DNA from: Candidatus Zixiibacteriota bacterium
GTDB lineage: Bacteria > Zixibacteria > MSB-5A5 > UBA10806 > 4484-95
Assembly: GCA_029932605.1 (NCBI GenBank)
Contig: JAOZPT010000048.1
Coordinates: forward strand, 1-19,883
Direction: 5' to 3'
Length of the DNA: 19,883 bases
Part shown: one piece after another, positions 1 through 7,422 of the stretch
Layout: the number at the start of each line of letters is the position of its first letter
Numbering within the stretch: the first letter of the stretch is position 1
Translations under genes and position numbers: made by a program
Notes under the pieces: model-generated
Told to the model about the DNA's origin: nothing
The model's input: the letters and a program-made list of their open reading frames with translations, nothing else
Database searches by the model: none

Positions 1-1
1 A

Positions 2-1030
2 AGTGATTCAGTAATGACTAAAAATCCTAATGCTTATAAGGCTGATATTTCCGGGTTGTCAACATTTGACCCTGCTATTGATTTGGTAAATATAGATACC
101 TCTGATTGTACTATTATTGCAGATTCGGTTAAAACGTATGTTGGAGTGGATTCATCAAGAACCGCTCTGGGCGATTCGTTGAGAACAGCATTGGGGGATT
201 CCTGTACGGGTGGTGGAAGCGGTTCGGATACGACTGCCATTAAGCAGATGATGAACAATAACTACTGGGGTTGGCATGTAGCCTATAATTCAACTTTCCC
301 GTATGGTTCTATTGGCGATTCATTATTTGATCCGGGGCCATCATTTATTTCTAAAATAGATTCAGCTCTTGCCAGTATTGGTTATGATGGTTCATCTGAT
401 TTGCATACTAAAATAGATAACCTATCCTTATCAGGTGGTGGTACTGAACCCGAAACACTCGTGGTTGGTTACACGCAAGAAGGATTTTTCTACCCGATTG
501 AAGGTGCAAGAGTAACTGTTAGAACGATAGATGGCACGACTACCAAAGTTCCAGGCTTGAGAACCGATGTCAATGGTCGCAGGATATTGGAGCTTGACCC
601 CGATAGTTTCTATGTTGCTCTTACAGCCAATAATTACGTTCAGAAAATAGATACGCTCATAGTCGAAACCGGTGGTGGTAAAGACACGCTGTATATGTCT
701 CCATTTGACCCGGGACAGCCTGCTGATCCCAGTTTGTGTCGAGTTTATGGGTGGGTTTATGATATTAGTGGTGATAACTTGTCGGGTATAGAGGTAACTG
801 CTGAAATACCCCGGGATTATCATCCTGTTAAATACTCTGGAATAGTGATAACGCCATTTAGCAGATCTACCCAAACCGATTCAAGCGGATACTGGTATAT
901 CGACCTTTTCCCCAATTCCGTTTTGTCGGACACATCATCAAAATATCTTTTTACTATTAAATATCATTCGGGTGTAATCTATCGCACAAGGATGGCAGTT
1001 CCAGATTCAACGAGTTGGCAACTTGAGTAA
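2..1030 (+). CDS. 5'-truncated Ser/Thr/Asp-rich protein with two C-terminal beta-rich (carboxypeptidase-regulatory-like) modules; surface or phage-structural-like
   Basis: Frame is open from the window edge (agt gat tca gta atg), so the true start is probably upstream of the ATG at 14. Tandem RTALGDS repeat, Gly linkers, C-terminal motifs PIEGARVTV..TDVNG and VYGWVYDISG..TDSSGYW. Confidence 0.6.
   Translation, partial: SDSVMTKNPNAYKADISGLSTFDPAIDLVNIDTSDCTIIADSVKTYVGVDSSRTALGDSLRTALGDSCTGGGSGSDTTAIKQMMNNNYWGWHVAYNSTFPYGSIGDSLFDPGPSFISKIDSALASIGYDGSSDLHTKIDNLSLSGGGTEPETLVVGYTQEGFFYPIEGARVTVRTIDGTTTKVPGLRTDVNGRRILELDPDSFYVALTANNYVQKIDTLIVETGGGKDTLYMSPFDPGQPADPSLCRVYGWVYDISGDNLSGIEVTAEIPRDYHPVKYSGIVITPFSRSTQTDSSGYWYIDLFPNSVLSDTSSKYLFTIKYHSGVIYRTRMAVPDSTSWQLE
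158..202 (+). repeat. Intragenic tandem repeat encoding RTALGDS twice (24-nt period)
   Basis: agaaccgctctgggcgattcg / agaacagcattgggggattcc; same peptide with synonymous differences. Confidence 0.85.
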
Positions 1031-1146
1031 ATCTCGAATCTGGCAATGTTGAAATTTGAGATAGAGATAAATTTCGTAGTCGCATGCCTTGTTTCTACCA
1101 GAAACTGGCATGTTTAATAATAAAACAAAAATGAGAGGGAGAGAAT

Positions 1147-1542
1147 ATGGATAAATTATTCATAATTGATGCGGGTATTTTTTCCGGCATTACCAATTTC
1201 GTAAGCGACCGCGCCTTTGAGGCGATGGGAGCGATATTGCTCATAGCGGTAGCCATGTTCACGAAAAAATATATCTTGCCGCTTTTGGTTACCGCCCAGG
1301 CAAAGCAGACGGCCAAACATATTTTGATTATCGCTGATGATGTGACCGATTATTTCGCTGAAAAGTTTCCTGGTGCCCATTGGTCAATCTGGTTGGACAG
1401 AGCGGTTGATAAGATAATCGAGATCACCGGTGTTAACCATAGTGTGGCAACCCGGGCCGCAAAAGCCTCGATTCATAGGAAAAAAGACCACCTGTGTAAT
1501 CAGCCATTACCTACGGAAAAGAAGATTGAGGGGAGAAGCTGA
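1147..1542 (+). CDS. Small membrane protein (131 aa), holin-like architecture
   Basis: Purine-rich RBS upstream; one N-terminal hydrophobic helix (AMGAILLIAVAMF) followed by KKY and a helical soluble tail; followed by a terminator. The holin call is inference. Confidence 0.55.
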   Translation: MDKLFIIDAGIFSGITNFVSDRAFEAMGAILLIAVAMFTKKYILPLLVTAQAKQTAKHILIIADDVTDYFAEKFPGAHWSIWLDRAVDKIIEITGVNHSVATRAAKASIHRKKDHLCNQPLPTEKKIEGRS

Positions 1543-1555
1543 ACTAGTTTGATTT

Positions 1556-1584
1556 AAGGGAGGACATCATGTCCTCCCTTTTTT
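1556..1584 (+). terminator. Intrinsic terminator
   Basis: Perfect 11-bp stem AAGGGAGGACA-tca-TGTCCTCCCTT followed by TTTT, 13 nt after the stop at 1542. Confidence 0.9.
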
Positions 1585-1858
1585 GAAGAATACATGACTG
1601 TATCTTATTTGTTATTTTAGCCAATGACGATTTGGTTAATTTCTTGATATAGTTTTTATTATTCTTTTAATGACTACTACTTTAAAATAAATTTAAAATA
1701 TAGATTAGTTATGATGCGCGGGAAATATGAAATAACCTATCGTGTTTAAATCTTTGTAAGTTGAAAAAATTTAAAATGTTACAATTATACTATTGACTTT
1801 CACAAACTTATTTTATTAACTTTACAAATGTATGAAAAATGTCTTTTTTTGGGTTGGC

Positions 1859-1876
1859 AAGTGAAATTTGTCACAA
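1859..1876. promoter_or_regulatory. Putative Rex/CRP-type operator upstream of citrate synthase
   Basis: AAGTGAA-ATTT-GTCACAA resembles Rex TTGTGAA-N4-TTCACAA and CRP TGTGA-N6-TCACA. Confidence 0.4.
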
Positions 1877-1981
1877 ATTCATGTTTTGTAATCAGAGCCC
1901 AAAAAGCAGGAAAAGATGGTTTTGACCAGATAACCATAATTAAAGTCACCCGGTAAAATTGCCGGTAGAAAAGGAGAGAAT

Positions 1982-3259
1982 ATGGCATCACTAAAAGAGA
2001 AACTTGCCCAGCAAATACCAGGGCTTCGAGAGGAAATCAAAAACTTTCTGGCCGAACACGGGGACAAGGAGATCTCGTCTGTAAAAATTTCCCAGGCTTA
2101 TGGTGGTATGCGTGGTGTAAGAGCAATGGTGTGTGATACTTCCGAGGTGCCACCTGATAAGGGACTCTTAATCAGGGGAATTCCAATTGGCGAGTTAACC
2201 GAGAAATATCCTGAGGAGATATTCTATTTATTGTGCACCGGTGAACTTCCCGCTAAAGATGACCTTGCTGACCTGCAGAAAGAATTTTCTGATCGCTGTG
2301 AGGTTCCGGGCTATGTATGGAAAGTTTTGGAGGCAATGCCAAGTGAATCCCATCCGATGTGTATGTTTAACACTGCCATACTGGTAATGGAAAATGAGTC
2401 TGTATTCCGTAAGCGTTACGATGAGGGGATGAAAAAGACTGAATACTGGGAACCGATGCTTGAAGATTGCTTGAACCTTCTGGCAAAACTACCCAACATT
2501 GCCGCTGGTGTTTATCGTATGCGTTTTGGTAAGGGAAAACGTATTGAACCAAAGAAAGATCTCGACTGGGGAGCTAACTACGCTTATATGCTGGGTGTCG
2601 ACGACCCAGACGGCAATTTTGCCAAGATGATGCGCTTGTATCTGGTGCTTCATTCTGACCATGAGGGCGGTAATGTCTCGGCTCATACTTCGCATTGTGT
2701 AGCAAGTGCCCTTTCCGATGCTTATTATGCTGTCAGTGCTGGTTTGAACGGACTGGCTGGACCTCTTCACGGGCTTGCCAACCAGGAATGTCTCAAATGG
2801 GTGATAGAGGTTCATAAGAAATTCAAGGGTGTTCCTACCGATGAGCAACTAAAACAGTTTGCCTGGGATACTTTAAACTCTGGCAAGGTCATTCCAGGTT
2901 ACGGTCATGCTGTTTTGCGTGTCACCGACCCACGCTATACTGCTTTCAGAGCATTCGGCCAGAAACATATGGCTGACGACCCGATTTTCCAGATCGTCGA
3001 TAAGGTTTATACTATCGTTCCTGGAGTTTTAAAGGAACATGGCAAAGCCAAGAATCCATGGCCAAATGTCGATGCTGGAAGCGGAGCCTTGCTATATCAT
3101 TACGGTCTAAAAGAGTTCTCGTATTACACCGTGCTGTTCTCGGTTTCAAGGGCAATGGGTATGTGTTCGCAGATGATAGTTAGCCGGGCTATGGGATATC
3201 CTATCGAACGGCCTAAATCATCCACCACCAAGTGGCTTAAAGCCCAGGTAGGTGCCTGA
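1982..3259 (+). CDS. gltA: Citrate (Si)-synthase, eukaryote/Geobacter-like type
   Basis: RBS AAGGAG; motifs YGGMRG, HSDHEGGNVSAHT, GLAGPLHGLANQE, IPGYGHAVLRVTDPRY, NPWPNVDA, ERPKS. Confidence 0.97.
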   Translation: MASLKEKLAQQIPGLREEIKNFLAEHGDKEISSVKISQAYGGMRGVRAMVCDTSEVPPDKGLLIRGIPIGELTEKYPEEIFYLLCTGELPAKDDLADLQKEFSDRCEVPGYVWKVLEAMPSESHPMCMFNTAILVMENESVFRKRYDEGMKKTEYWEPMLEDCLNLLAKLPNIAAGVYRMRFGKGKRIEPKKDLDWGANYAYMLGVDDPDGNFAKMMRLYLVLHSDHEGGNVSAHTSHCVASALSDAYYAVSAGLNGLAGPLHGLANQECLKWVIEVHKKFKGVPTDEQLKQFAWDTLNSGKVIPGYGHAVLRVTDPRYTAFRAFGQKHMADDPIFQIVDKVYTIVPGVLKEHGKAKNPWPNVDAGSGALLYHYGLKEFSYYTVLFSVSRAMGMCSQMIVSRAMGYPIERPKSSTTKWLKAQVGA

Positions 3260-3314
3260 TTTTAATTAGGTTTTTAGGGAACCGTGTATGTTGTGTTAAA
3301 GGCTTATATTACCT

Positions 3315-3353
3315 ATCATTGTAAGGAGTGCAGATAGACGACGAAGCAATTTC
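3315..3353. repeat. Degenerate single arm of a GTCATTGCGAG...GCAATCT-type palindromic repeat
   Basis: ATCATTGTAAGGAGTGCAGATAGACGACGAAGCAATTTC resembles both arms of the element at 11149-11224. Confidence 0.45.
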
Positions 3354-3399
3354 TTAAACTTTTATAAAAAACTCTGTGTTTCCCTATAACTACATCTGA

Positions 3400-3434
3400 T
3401 AGCCGGTCCTTTAACGGAGACCGGCTACTTTTTT
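3400..3434 (+). terminator. Intrinsic terminator downstream of citrate synthase
   Basis: 9-bp stem TAGCCGGTC...GACCGGCTA followed by CTTTTTT. Confidence 0.85.
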
Positions 3435-3463
3435 ATACTTACCTCCTGGCAGAGTTTTTTTCA

Positions 3464-3492
3464 TTGACAAAATTATTCGCAAATTTTATTTT
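3464..3492 (+). promoter_or_regulatory. Putative sigma70 promoter for the fibre/dockerin module
   Basis: TTGACA-N17-TATTTT; perfect -35, weak -10. Confidence 0.45.
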
Positions 3493-3595
3493 TTTATTTA
3501 GAGATGAGGTTTTTAGTCTAACATCTTAAAGCAAGTTTGAATTTTAAAAATTAGCTCGTATTAAGTAACCTTAACCTTATTAACATGGAGGTATT

Positions 3596-5122
3596 ATGCG
3601 TTACAACAACAGGTTTTTAAGAAACCTGATGGCGGTTTGTTTTATTGCTATATTCACAAGCATAGTCGCTGTCGGTACCGTAAAAGCGGGCAACTTGAAA
3701 ATTGAAGGAGGCTCGCCTGGAATAATAACTTCAGTTCCCCGGACAATGACCTATCAGGGGATACTGAAAGACTCCGAGGGAAATCCCATCAACGAGGACT
3801 TACCTGTAGTATTTAAAATTTATAGTATTGATTCGGGAGACATTCCGCTGTGGGAGGAAATTCAGGATGTAGAATTTGTCGATGGCTACTTTACCGTTGA
3901 ATTAGGGACGGCAAATCCGTTAAATCTGCCTTTTGATGAGGATTACTGGCTTGAGCTCGTGGTCGGGGGCGATATTCTATCCCCACGGCAAAAATTGAAT
4001 ATGTCTGCTTATTCTGCCCGCACCGATACCAGTGATTATGCCTTTTCTGGTGGTGGCTGGGTTGACGATGGAACTGTTGTTAGACTGGAGAACAGTAACG
4101 ACTACGTTGGCATTGGTACGGCAAGTCCTACGAATAAAGTGCACATTGTCGGTTCTGATTCTGCTCCGTTGCTTAATGTAGAAAAGATTGGACCTGGCAG
4201 GGGAGTTCGAGTTAGTACAAGTAGTGCCTGTGCCCTGTGGGTAGAGAATTCTGGAAACCATGGATTGCGGGTGACCAATGCTAATGGAGATGGGATACAT
4301 GTGGAAAATGCAGGTAACTGGGCAGGTTACTTCAACGGCACGGGATATTTTCGCGATAATGTTGGTATAGGAGCTTTAAACCCTCAGGAGAAATTGGAGC
4401 TTGCCGGTAATCTACTTTTTACAGAGGAGGATTTGACCAGAAGTATATATGTCGAAAAGTCCGATGGAATAAACGAACCGGGACACGATCTTGAAATATA
4501 TGCGGGCGAATACAGTGATGCCGGTGGATTGGAAACGAAAGATGGCGGTGATTTGATTCTCCATGGTGGTAAAGGATACGGATTTGCTGGTGGGGATGTT
4601 TATATCTATGGCGGTGGTAGTGATATTACTTTTTCACCTATCGGCGATGTAATAATAGCCCATAATGGTGAAGCTTCTGGCGGTGATGTCGGAATTGGAG
4701 TTGATGCACCAACGGAAAAACTCGACGTTGAGGGGACCATCAGGTTAAGGGGTATATCCTTTACGATGTCAGATCTGGCTAATGTTGTTGTGGATAACAA
4801 TGGAGTCTTATGGAAAGAATCTGTTCCTGTCGGGGGAACAAAGGAAAACGTGAAAAATCTTGAGATTAATCCACAAAAGGTTCTTAGCCTGCAACCAGTA
4901 AAGTTCAACTGGCAGAAAACCGGCGATGAGGATGTCGGTTTAGTTGCAGAAGATGTGGAGAAAACATTTCCAGAACTAGTATCACATGATAATAATGGCA
5001 AACCCGCCTTTGTCAAGTATGATAAACTTGTCCTTTACCTGTTGGAGTTAACCAAAGCACAACAACAACAAATATCACTGCTTGAAAGTAGAATTGTTGA
5101 ACTTGAAAATAATATACGGTAA
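3596..5122 (+). CDS. Secreted fibre-like protein with C-terminal peptidase S74 / intramolecular chaperone (ICA) domain
   Basis: RBS GGAGGT; signal-peptide-like N-terminus ending VKA; N-terminal PRTMTYQGIL domain; three VGIG...P repeats (~4106, 4361, 4688); Gly-rich segments; C-terminal KENV..LQPVKFNW..GLVAEDVEKTFPELV..VKYDKL plus a coiled coil. Confidence 0.85.
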   Translation: MRYNNRFLRNLMAVCFIAIFTSIVAVGTVKAGNLKIEGGSPGIITSVPRTMTYQGILKDSEGNPINEDLPVVFKIYSIDSGDIPLWEEIQDVEFVDGYFTVELGTANPLNLPFDEDYWLELVVGGDILSPRQKLNMSAYSARTDTSDYAFSGGGWVDDGTVVRLENSNDYVGIGTASPTNKVHIVGSDSAPLLNVEKIGPGRGVRVSTSSACALWVENSGNHGLRVTNANGDGIHVENAGNWAGYFNGTGYFRDNVGIGALNPQEKLELAGNLLFTEEDLTRSIYVEKSDGINEPGHDLEIYAGEYSDAGGLETKDGGDLILHGGKGYGFAGGDVYIYGGGSDITFSPIGDVIIAHNGEASGGDVGIGVDAPTEKLDVEGTIRLRGISFTMSDLANVVVDNNGVLWKESVPVGGTKENVKNLEINPQKVLSLQPVKFNWQKTGDEDVGLVAEDVEKTFPELVSHDNNGKPAFVKYDKLVLYLLELTKAQQQQISLLESRIVELENNIR

Positions 5123-5133
5123 GGGGGTGACAG

Positions 5134-5685
5134 GTGAACATATATAAGATTTTAATAGTGATACTATCAACAGCCTTAGTGGTAGTTGCTCAGGAATACA
5201 CGATCGATCGCTATGTCATCGCCTCCGGTGGAGGATTTTCAGAGTCTGATAATTATCGGGTTGATGGTACAATCGGCCAGCCGATAGTGGGGATATCGTC
5301 ATCGGAGAATTACGTAATCGAGGCTGGTTTCTGGATGGGTGCGGGTGTTTCGTCCGGTTGCGATTTTACCCCCGGCGATGCCAATGGTGATGGCAGTGTT
5401 ATGGGCAATGATGTCACCTACAGCGTGCGCTATTTCAAAGGGATTGGTTCTCCTCCTCCTGATAGTTGCCAGTATCAAGGTGGTTGGCTATACTCAGGTG
5501 GTGATGCCAACGGTAACTGCGTATATGCTGGTTCTGATGTGACTTTCCTGGTTGGATATTTCAAAGGTTACAATCCTGAAATCCTGTATTGTCCAGAGAC
5601 ACCACCGATAAATGAACCGGTTTTGTTAGCAGGGGGCAAAGAGGATACACCGCTGATTACTACCAAAAAGGGTGGTGATAAATAA
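5134..5685 (+). CDS. Secreted protein: YTIDRYVIASGGG..GTIGQP..GFW domain plus C-terminal dockerin-like domain
   Basis: GTG start 11 nt after the upstream stop with RBS GGGGGTG; signal-peptide-like N-terminus; duplicated Ca-loop-like GDANGDG..DVTY and GDANGNC..DVTF repeats with four Cys. Confidence 0.8.
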   Translation: MNIYKILIVILSTALVVVAQEYTIDRYVIASGGGFSESDNYRVDGTIGQPIVGISSSENYVIEAGFWMGAGVSSGCDFTPGDANGDGSVMGNDVTYSVRYFKGIGSPPPDSCQYQGGWLYSGGDANGNCVYAGSDVTFLVGYFKGYNPEILYCPETPPINEPVLLAGGKEDTPLITTKKGGDK

Positions 5686-5743
5686 AATAGATAGTTGGCA
5701 CCGTAATGTGCTTAGGGAACTATGATTCCCGATGTATTATATT

Positions 5744-5824
5744 TTGTAGGGACAGAGCACCGTTCTGTCCCAGGGGATAAAAAAAATCATCAATTTCGTA
5801 CAGAATAATATTCTGTCTCTACAA
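5744..5824. repeat. Inverted pair of GTAG-family REP-like palindromes (REPIN-like)
   Basis: TTGTAGGGACAGAGCACCGTTCTGTCCC (5744-5771) and, on the minus strand, TTGTAGAGACAGAATATTATTCTGTACG (5797-5824); each has GTAG followed by a hairpin. Confidence 0.7.
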
Positions 5825-5838
5825 CCATTATTTTCTTC

Positions 5839-5871
5839 TTGACAAAACAATTTTTAAATTATAAATACCAT
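5839..5871 (+). promoter_or_regulatory. Possible pyr operon promoter
   Basis: TTGACA at 5839-5844 followed by an AT-rich segment; the -10 element is ambiguous. Confidence 0.4.
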
Positions 5872-5910
5872 CTTTTAGGAATGTTGGTCGAATAAGAAAA
5901 TAAATTAATT

Positions 5911-5932
5911 GCCCCTATTGGGGCTTTTTTTT
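5911..5932 (+). terminator. Leader terminator (attenuator-like) immediately upstream of pyrR
   Basis: GCCCC-TATT-GGGGC followed by 8 T, abutting the RBS AAGGA (5933-5937). Confidence 0.7.
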
Positions 5933-5941
5933 AAGGATAGT

Positions 5942-6493
5942 ATGCCTGATACGAAGATAATGGACGCTAAAGGGATAACCCGGTCGATTGATCGCATTGC
6001 CTATGAGGTTCTTGAACACAATCGTGGTGCTAAGGATATGGTCATTATCGGCATCCGTACGCGTGGTGCGATAATAGCTGAACGTTTAGCCGGAGCCATA
6101 GAGCGAATCGAGAAAGTGGCCTTGCCGGTGGGTGCGATAGATATTACCATGTATCGTGATGATGTCTGGATAAGGCTTGATCAGCCGGTCATTCAAAAGA
6201 CAGACCTTATGTTCTCGATCGATGATAAAATAGTAATTTTAGTTGATGATGTGCTTTATACTGGTAGGACTGTTCGAGCGGCTTTGAATGAGCTATCGGA
6301 TTATGGGCGTCCCCGCTGTATTCAGTTGGCGGTTTTGGTTGACCGCGGTCATCGGGAGTTGCCGATACGTGCCGATTACGTGGCAATCGACCTTCAAACT
6401 TACCAGAACGAAAACGTCATTGTTAATCTCAAGGAACAGGATGGAAAAGATAGCGTGGTGTTACAGCAATTTCAGGAGGGAACACCAAGGTGA
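5942..6493 (+). CDS. pyrR: Bifunctional pyrimidine regulatory protein / uracil phosphoribosyltransferase
   Basis: GIRTRG, IDITMYRDD, VILVDDVLYTGRTVRAA, LAVLVDRGHRELPIRADY. Start placed at ATG 5942 behind AAGGA rather than TTG 5909. Confidence 0.95.
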   Translation: MPDTKIMDAKGITRSIDRIAYEVLEHNRGAKDMVIIGIRTRGAIIAERLAGAIERIEKVALPVGAIDITMYRDDVWIRLDQPVIQKTDLMFSIDDKIVILVDDVLYTGRTVRAALNELSDYGRPRCIQLAVLVDRGHRELPIRADYVAIDLQTYQNENVIVNLKEQDGKDSVVLQQFQEGTPR

Positions 6494-7422
6494 GATTGCG
6501 TTCTGCCCATCTTTTGGGTCTTGAGGGTTTAAGCGCCGATGAAATAAATCTTTATCTTGATACTGCAGTTACATTAAAAGAGATTCTTTCACGCCCCATT
6601 AAGAAAGTACCCACCTTGAGGCATGTAACTGTCCTCAATCTCTTTTATGAACCATCCACAAGGACACGCATATCCTTTGAGCTTGCCGAGAAAAGGCTTT
6701 CTGCGGATTCCATCAGTTTTTCTAAAGCTACTTCCTCGATGGTCAAAGGTGAAACATTACTGGATACGGTCTGGAACATCGAGGCTATGAAAATAGATAT
6801 GATTGTCATCCGGCACTCATCTGCTGGTGCGCCGTGGTTTTTAGCTGAGAATTGTTCCTCCAAGGTTATCAATGCTGGAGACGGCAGTCATGAACACCCC
6901 ACTCAGGGGCTTCTGGATATCTTCACCCTGAGAGAAAAGTACGGTAAAATCGCCGGCTTGAGGGTTGTTATCGTTGGAGACATAAAACATTCACGGGTAG
7001 CTCGCTCGAATATATGGGGGCTTAAAGCTCTGGGGGCAAGTGTTGTTGTATGCGGGCCATCGACATTACTTCCGGTCGAGATTGAAAAGATGGGTGTCGA
7101 GGTTTATACGCGTATTGAGGAAGCATTGGAGGGGGCTGATGTCGTCAATGTCCTGCGATTGCAAAAGGAAAGGCAGTCAGCCGGTCTTTTACCCTCAATA
7201 CGTGAATACAGCCTGAGGTATTGTATTACCAAAGAGCGATTAAAATATCTTAATAAAGACTTCACCATTATGCATCCCGGGCCTATGAACCGTGGTGTTG
7301 AAATATCCTCCGAGGTGGCTGATGGGGTTTGTTCGGTGATATTACCCCAGGTGACCAACGGAGTGGCAATAAGGATGGCGGTTTTATATCTTTTAAGCGG
7401 TGGAAGAGGAAGAATTGAGTGA
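6490..7422 (+). CDS. pyrB: Aspartate carbamoyltransferase catalytic subunit
   Basis: FYEPSTRTRISFE, NAGDGSHEHPTQ, GDIKHSRVARSN, RLQKER, MHPGPMNRGVEI; 4-nt GTGA overlap with pyrR. Confidence 0.97.
   Translation: MRLRSAHLLGLEGLSADEINLYLDTAVTLKEILSRPIKKVPTLRHVTVLNLFYEPSTRTRISFELAEKRLSADSISFSKATSSMVKGETLLDTVWNIEAMKIDMIVIRHSSAGAPWFLAENCSSKVINAGDGSHEHPTQGLLDIFTLREKYGKIAGLRVVIVGDIKHSRVARSNIWGLKALGASVVVCGPSTLLPVEIEKMGVEVYTRIEEALEGADVVNVLRLQKERQSAGLLPSIREYSLRYCITKERLKYLNKDFTIMHPGPMNRGVEISSEVADGVCSVILPQVTNGVAIRMAVLYLLSGGRGRIE

Noticed and set aside
1800..2067. Short minus-strand ORFs in and near the AT-rich region before citrate synthase
   Set aside because: They overlap the promoter region and gltA start and have no RBS or motif.
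3596..5122. Prophage tail-fibre interpretation of the S74 protein
   Set aside because: It has a signal-peptide-like N-terminus and is flanked by gltA and pyr genes rather than phage genes.
5134..5685. Cellulosome interpretation of the dockerin-like domain
   Set aside because: No glycoside hydrolase or scaffoldin in the window; dockerin-like domains occur widely outside cellulosomes.
5909..5941. N-terminal extension of PyrR from TTG 5909
   Set aside because: It translates the terminator hairpin and T tract; the RBS and homology point to ATG 5942.
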